From assembly GCA_041739995.1 (NCBI GenBank), contig JBGSMV010000023.1, positions 1 through 42,574 of the forward strand: a stretch of 42,574 bases of DNA, read 5' to 3'. A program made the position numbers and the translations under genes. This DNA is from Bdellovibrionota bacterium. Its GTDB lineage: Bacteria; Bdellovibrionota_C; UBA2361; JBGSMV01. The notes beneath the pieces were generated by a model. It searched no databases. It had not been told where the DNA came from and saw nothing but the letters and a program-made list of their open reading frames with translations. Positions 37,747-42,574 of this stretch are shown piece after piece (the first letter of the stretch is position 1; each line of letters begins with the position of its first letter).

Positions 37747-39333
37747 CTACCTACTTTCAAGTTCTAACAAAGGTTTCCCATCCCACATCAAGGTAACCAT
37801 GCCTGATGTTTGTGAGATCACCACCGCAAGCGCATTGGACACCGCCGTAAGTGAAGCGGCTGAAACGTGACGCGCACCCCAACCCTCTTGTGCCTCGATG
37901 CTGCCAGTCTGCACATCAAGCAGGACGCAAGCCCGTTCTGCGATCCCTTCGGGCGATAAAACTACCGCCCCATCGATGGCCGCGAATGCTCTTAAGGTTT
38001 CGAGAAAGTTCTTATCCAATACCGATCGTCGCTCAGCGGGGTGCCCCTTAAAGGGATTAAGCAAGCCTTGCTTCAGATGAGGTTCAAGTTCTTTGAGTTC
38101 CCCAATGACAAAAGTCGCACCAAAGTATTTGCCTTCCAGCCCTTCGGACCCGAGGCGAAGCGCCACGTTAATGATCCTTTCGAGGACTTGCTTATTTGCA
38201 AACGCCTTTAACTCCTCGAGACTGGATGCATCGAGCCAAGAAAACTCTCTGCCAGGAACGGCGAAGGCGATTCGATCTAGATGCTTGGATTTATCCGGTC
38301 CTGAAAAGGTCAAAACCCTTTCCCCCAAACCGACATGGCCCTGCAGGAGCGCGGAGAATAATGCCAAGCGAACCTGACTATCTTTGCCCAGCTCCGAATT
38401 TCGAGCCACATACACCATGTCGCCGGAATGGGAAGAACTCGCCGCAATGCTATCGCTCCCTACAATCCAGATCACACCAAGCTTCCCGCGAGCGCGATTT
38501 ATTTCAGCCACCGTCGAGGGAGAATCGGCGTGGACAAGTACCTGCTTAACTCGATTCCGCTTGGCGAGCTCCATGCCAACCGCGATCATCGAATACGTCA
38601 GCATGCGATCTCCCTGCCGAAGAAATCGCTCCTGTGGAGCCTCTTCCTCAGGAGGCTGAGTCATGCGCTGAGAGTATTGTTGCGCAATATCAGCAGGCAG
38701 TGCGCCAAGTTTGGTTTCGAAAGCAACTCCGAGCTTGCCCGCAGTTTCAAGCAAATCCTGAAGCTTTCCTGGTGGTAGAATTGGATCTACATGGGCAGTG
38801 AGACCTTCAAAGGGAGCGCGAGCGGAATAATCGAGTGCTATGTCAAGAATACGCCCAAGCGACTCGGGGGTAAGCTTGGTGAAGACAATGGTGTCTATCT
38901 CTCTACCAGTAGGCGCCCACAACTCAAGCTCAATTTTGCCTGGAAGCACTCCAGGGACCATCTTGATGCTACTCATTTCTGAAAGCACGTAGCGAAATGA
39001 AACGTTCTCTTCGGGAACTACCACTTCGGAAACCACCGGCTTCCCCTCGATGTTCATCGTTGTAGGAAGGGTGAGCTCATCAAGCGCGGCCCAGGCGAAA
39101 TCGCCCAAAGACCACGGCTTTTTGCAGCGCTGCGCGATCGCTGAATCGCTCGACAATGATTCGCGAGGAGAAGGGTCTATGTTCAAGTCGGTTTCTGGCA
39201 TGCGGATCTGCCAGCCTAGCGCATTACCAGTCAATAACAAAGTTTTAGAAGCGAAGGCTTCGCTATCCAGGCTCAACTGAGCAAAACAGAGACAGCTGAG
39301 AAACCAGATCGACCGAGGCTGAACACTTACCAT
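37747..39333 (-). CDS. Diadenylate cyclase, DacZ/CdaZ-type (DisA_N domain), with extra N-terminal region
   Basis: 'ALRLGSEGLEGKYFGATFVIG', 'LLNPFKGHP', 'AFAAIDGAVVL', 'GWGARHVSAASLT', 'AVVISQTSG.V' are DAC motifs (DGA and RH). They are preceded by a pyruvate-kinase-C-like segment. Start codon uncertain. Confidence 0.85.
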   Translation of the reverse strand: MVSVQPRSIWFLSCLCFAQLSLDSEAFASKTLLLTGNALGWQIRMPETDLNIDPSPRESLSSDSAIAQRCKKPWSLGDFAWAALDELTLPTTMNIEGKPVVSEVVVPEENVSFRYVLSEMSSIKMVPGVLPGKIELELWAPTGREIDTIVFTKLTPESLGRILDIALDYSARAPFEGLTAHVDPILPPGKLQDLLETAGKLGVAFETKLGALPADIAQQYSQRMTQPPEEEAPQERFLRQGDRMLTYSMIAVGMELAKRNRVKQVLVHADSPSTVAEINRARGKLGVIWIVGSDSIAASSSHSGDMVYVARNSELGKDSQVRLALFSALLQGHVGLGERVLTFSGPDKSKHLDRIAFAVPGREFSWLDASSLEELKAFANKQVLERIINVALRLGSEGLEGKYFGATFVIGELKELEPHLKQGLLNPFKGHPAERRSVLDKNFLETLRAFAAIDGAVVLSPEGIAERACVLLDVQTGSIEAQEGWGARHVSAASLTAVSNALAVVISQTSGMVTLMWDGKPLLELESR

Positions 39334-39364
39334 TCCTCCAGCACGGCGATACTACTAGACTGAT

Positions 39365-39994
39365 TCATTTTGAAGTTTTCGGCTTCATCTGCGCCCTGCT
39401 ACTCAGAGCGGTGCGATAGCGCGTCTTCATCCCCAGTACTTTATCGACATAGGCCTGGGTCTCTTTAAACGGCGGCACTCCTCCATACTGAGCCACTGCC
39501 CCCTCCCCTGCATTGTATGCGGCAAGCACCAGTCGCAGATTCCCACGAAAGCGATGCAGCAACATCGCAAGGTGCTTGGAACCGCCGTCGATATTCTGGG
39601 CTGGGTCAAATGCTTTACGCACACCATGCATACGGGCGGTGCCCGGCATAAGCTGCATTAATCCCAATGCCCCTTTGGGCGAAACCGCACGCGGATTGAA
39701 AGCAGATTCAATGTGAATCACTGCTCGAATCAGCGCGTCATCAATTTGATGTGTCTTCGCAGCAGTGACTATCAGATCATCGAAATGATCCATAAAAAGC
39801 TTGCCGCGCGAAGAGCGACTTGAAGATCGAATGATAGTGCCCTTCGAGTACCTTCCCTTACTGGTAAAAACATCGGCTCGCACCCCTGGCGGCGGCGGAC
39901 GAGAAGAGAATTTTACTACTCCTCCTTGTCCTTTATATACATACACAGGATCCGCTGCTGCATGGGACAATAGGAATAGGAATCCGCCGAGCAT
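39365..39994 (-). CDS. Lytic transglycosylase (SLT domain) with DUF4124-like N-terminus
   Basis: 'LIRAVIHIESAFNPRAVSPKGALGLMQLMPGTA', 'FDPAQNIDGG', 'LAAYNAGEGAV', 'PPFKETQAYV'; N-terminal 'VYVYKGQGGVVKFSSRPP'. Start uncertain (track start 40114). Confidence 0.92.
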   Translation of the reverse strand: MLGGFLFLLSHAAADPVYVYKGQGGVVKFSSRPPPPGVRADVFTSKGRYSKGTIIRSSSRSSRGKLFMDHFDDLIVTAAKTHQIDDALIRAVIHIESAFNPRAVSPKGALGLMQLMPGTARMHGVRKAFDPAQNIDGGSKHLAMLLHRFRGNLRLVLAAYNAGEGAVAQYGGVPPFKETQAYVDKVLGMKTRYRTALSSRAQMKPKTSK

Positions 39995-40098
39995 CAAAGA
40001 AAAAAATCGCACGTTCGAAAGAGCCGCTCTTGAGTTCGCGTTCGAGTGATTACTCAGGTCATTAATCCGAAAGGTGTTCAACTTGATGTACACTCCAC

Positions 40099-41658
40099 TC
40101 ACCGACGCCAACATTCGGCAAAGGCAGTAACCGCCATCTTGTGGTCGAGCGCCAAAGGTCTGAGAGCGGCCGGACCAGCGCGCTCACAGTACACGACCGC
40201 ATGGACGCCATCGCTATCGATTATCGGAAACGCACACACTTGGCCACCATCTGGGGTCAGGGGTTTTCCTCCAAATATCGGTTGGGCCTCACGGCATGCG
40301 ACTAGTTCAGCGGACTTCCCCGTTTCCGTGTCGCCCACTCGCAGGCGATAAGAGTCAATCTCTTCTGAGCGCTTTCCGAAGATCACTCCGGGTCGAATCT
40401 CTCCCGCCGTGTAATCAACCACCAAGACCACAACTCGATCGAATTTGACTCCATGCAGCAACCCATAACAGGTCAACCAAATCTGGTGTCCCAGTGACGT
40501 CTCCGACCCAAGACTGGGTGCCTTCTTTTCGCGCTGAATCTCCCGCACCAGGGTGCCCACAAGGTGAGCATCATTTCCAAGTTCAGCATCTGATGGAATC
40601 TGTGGAGAATCCTCAGGCAGCTCTCTCTCCGTTTCGGAAATTCTAGAGAACAATCGAGAGGATGGAATCCGCATCGCTGAAAGCCCACTTTGCGGTGAGC
40701 TCTCTTGAAGGACCGCCTCAAGCTTCGAGAGTAGCACCATGATGCTTCCGCCTGGCAACGAGAGTCGGGTCTGCCATTCTCGAACTAATTCTTCAAATCC
40801 GCTGCGCCCTGAAAACCGAAGGTACTCATCAGTCAGCGCCGAGCTTCCAAGACAAAAACCGGCGATTAGGCGCAGTTCGATAATTTCAGGCGATGAGGGG
40901 CCGCTACCCTTGAGGGCACCGAGCGAACAATAGGAGAGAAAACGTTTCAATTCTTCAGGCACCATGAGGCCCTGCAAGACCGAAAGGCAAAGCGCCGGCC
41001 TTGATAACCCCACTCTGGCTTCAAACACTTGATCGCGCAGTTTCCCAGTCGCACCCGCTGTGGCTGCTCTCGCCTTCTCCATCGTCAACAGACCAAAAAG
41101 CGCGGGGTACTTCCAGGCCAAGCCAATCAATGGCAATTCCCACAGCGCGAGCACTACCCCTAGAACATCGGCATCGAGTGTAACCTCTGCAGAATGGTGC
41201 AGAAGCAACGCCACCTCCCGCACCACGTGCGCGCGATGCAAAGCATATGAAAATGAGGGGTTACGTTCCTGGCTCTTCTCGAAAGAACTCTCTCCCCCCA
41301 ATTCCTCGATAGTCGTCAAAAGTCGTCTCGTACCCAAGCGACGTACTACTTCACTGACGGATCGTACTGGAGAAGTACTCTGGTAAGCCACACGATTTGT
41401 CGCCGCCACAAGGCGAGCAACCAAAACCTGATCGCGATGTATAAGAGGCACCAACTCATCAAGGCGAACTCTTCCTCGGTTGACGTAGGCCCGAACCGCC
41501 TCCGCAACCTCCATCGACAAGGGAACCGAGCCGCGCGATCCTGCGCTCGATATTACTTCACTCGTCAAGACTTCACTCGAAACAATAGGAGGCTCTCGAT
41601 CGCTCGATGAAGCGGGAGAACGAGGGAAGAGTCTGTGAAGATCGGTCTGTATACTCAT
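40099..41658 (-). CDS. HDOD domain protein with C-terminal GAF-like domain
   Basis: 'LDELVPLIHRDQVLVARLVAATN...VRSVSEVVRRLG' is the HDOD N-terminal pattern. 'KFDRVVVLVVD...CAFPII....VHAVVYCE' is GAF-like. Confidence 0.75.
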   Translation of the reverse strand: MSIQTDLHRLFPRSPASSSDREPPIVSSEVLTSEVISSAGSRGSVPLSMEVAEAVRAYVNRGRVRLDELVPLIHRDQVLVARLVAATNRVAYQSTSPVRSVSEVVRRLGTRRLLTTIEELGGESSFEKSQERNPSFSYALHRAHVVREVALLLHHSAEVTLDADVLGVVLALWELPLIGLAWKYPALFGLLTMEKARAATAGATGKLRDQVFEARVGLSRPALCLSVLQGLMVPEELKRFLSYCSLGALKGSGPSSPEIIELRLIAGFCLGSSALTDEYLRFSGRSGFEELVREWQTRLSLPGGSIMVLLSKLEAVLQESSPQSGLSAMRIPSSRLFSRISETERELPEDSPQIPSDAELGNDAHLVGTLVREIQREKKAPSLGSETSLGHQIWLTCYGLLHGVKFDRVVVLVVDYTAGEIRPGVIFGKRSEEIDSYRLRVGDTETGKSAELVACREAQPIFGGKPLTPDGGQVCAFPIIDSDGVHAVVYCERAGPAALRPLALDHKMAVTAFAECWRR

Positions 41659-41759
41659 GGGCGTTTCAGACGACTGTAGCTGAGTGCTTGCTTGCGGTCA
41701 TTATACCAAGCGACAACTTGATGAGAATTCGTAATTTAGGGGACCTCTGAAAAACTAAC

Positions 41760-41841
41760 TTTTTTGTGGTCTTAGTGCGCTTAGTGCTGCAAACAAACTC
41801 TAGAAATTGATTAAACCACGAAGACCACAAAACGCACGAAG
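41760..41841. repeat. Second REP-like cluster of the ACCACnAAG 9-mer family
   Basis: TTTTGTGGTCTTAGTG (41762-41777) / CACGAAGACCACAAAA (41817-41832) inverted, 15/16 match; units ACCACGAAG-ACCACAAAA-CGCACGAAG. Confidence 0.7.
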
Positions 41842-42297
41842 GCAAGTCACATGGGGGGTCAGAGGCTCCTTGGTGTTTGATCCGCCGCGAGAACCCGGCC
41901 ATGGCCTAATAAATCTAGTAAGCCGCTGAAGTATCCGTCCTACCACAAGAAAGAAAAAGGCTTGAGGAATGCGAGCTTCGCCCCGATGCCCGCATTCACC
42001 CAAGCCCATAGAAGTAGCGAGGTACCCGCATCACCGACCTCTCGCGAAGAGGACAATGATACTGTTCTTCAAGCCTCAAGCGTGGCCTGAAAAAATTGTG
42101 AGATTTTTGATGGGACAATCACAGACTTTCTGCGACGTCGGCGACTTAGGTGCTCGTCATCATTGCTGAACGACAACCACCACCGTACAACTCCAGAAGC
42201 GGACCATCAAACATCTCCGTTCCAATTTCCGTACTCACATTTCTGTGAGAAAGCACCTTCGTTCTTTCGGACTAGGGTCTTTCAGAGAAATTGGAGG

Positions 42298-42333
42298 GCC
42301 CTTCCGCCCCTGTCACTAAGCAGGCGGAAGAGC
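42298..42333 (-). terminator. Stem-loop downstream of flagellin
   Basis: GCCCTTCCGCC ... GGCGGAAGAGC arms (10/11), 15 nt after the flagellin stop; U-tail weak. Confidence 0.45.
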
Positions 42334-42348
42334 GCTATAGGTCCGACC

Positions 42349-42574
42349 TTACCGTAGCAGCGCGAGAGCGAGCGACGGTTGCTGATTAGCCTGTGCGAGC
42401 ACAGAAGCACCAGCTTGCTGCAGAATACTGAGCCGTGTCAGTTCTGCCGCTTCGGAAGCAACGTCAACGTCTCGGATTCGGCTTTCTGCTGCAGCGAAGT
42501 TTTCACGCGCTACAGTCAAGCTTCCAATCGCTACGTTTAGTCGCGACTCCACCGCACCCAACACACCGCGAGTA
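42349..42574 (-). CDS. fliC: Flagellin, C-terminal part (truncated by window edge)
   Basis: 'LGAVESRL...ENFAAAESRIRDVDVASEAAELTRLSILQQAGASVLAQANQQPSLALALLR' is the flagellin C-terminal helix. Confidence 0.96.
   Translation of the reverse strand, partial: TRGVLGAVESRLNVAIGSLTVARENFAAAESRIRDVDVASEAAELTRLSILQQAGASVLAQANQQPSLALALLR

Overview
Ordinary-looking chromosomal segment of a flagellated, type IV pilus-bearing Gram-negative bacterium. The PilP style, DacZ-type cyclase and SMC suggest a former-deltaproteobacterial (Bdellovibrionota/Myxococcota-like) organism, but this is inference. Housekeeping genes: asnS, tRNA-Pro(TGG), comM/yifB, dcd, purF, purL, mgtE, ftsY, smc, pgsA and the 3' end of a flagellin. 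Stress-type genes: GH63 glucosidase, ybhP-like EEP hydrolase, clsB and the prkA(yeaG)-yeaH-spoVR(ycgB) operon. Surface/signalling genes: Flp-like pilin, PilP-domain fusion, AMIN protein, lytic transglycosylase, HDOD protein and a DacZ-type diadenylate cyclase with an extra N-terminal region. No integrase, transposase, reverse transcriptase or CRISPR array was seen. The most unusual structure is at the spoVR 3' end. There, ~215 bp of the gene is duplicated (10 substitutions, 6 synonymous, plus one extra codon) around a ~610 bp insert that carries an 8-cysteine secreted mini-protein gene, 24-bp imperfect direct repeats and a long hairpin. Other oddities: a pseudopilin-like/PilP fusion without a lipobox, a ~165 aa acidic insertion in the SMC head, a 115-bp MITE-like element beside rnk, a 9-mer-periodic REP-like repeat family, a hairpin-rich spacer downstream of the cyclase, and many short tandem duplications. 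All family calls come from motif recognition by eye, not database searches.
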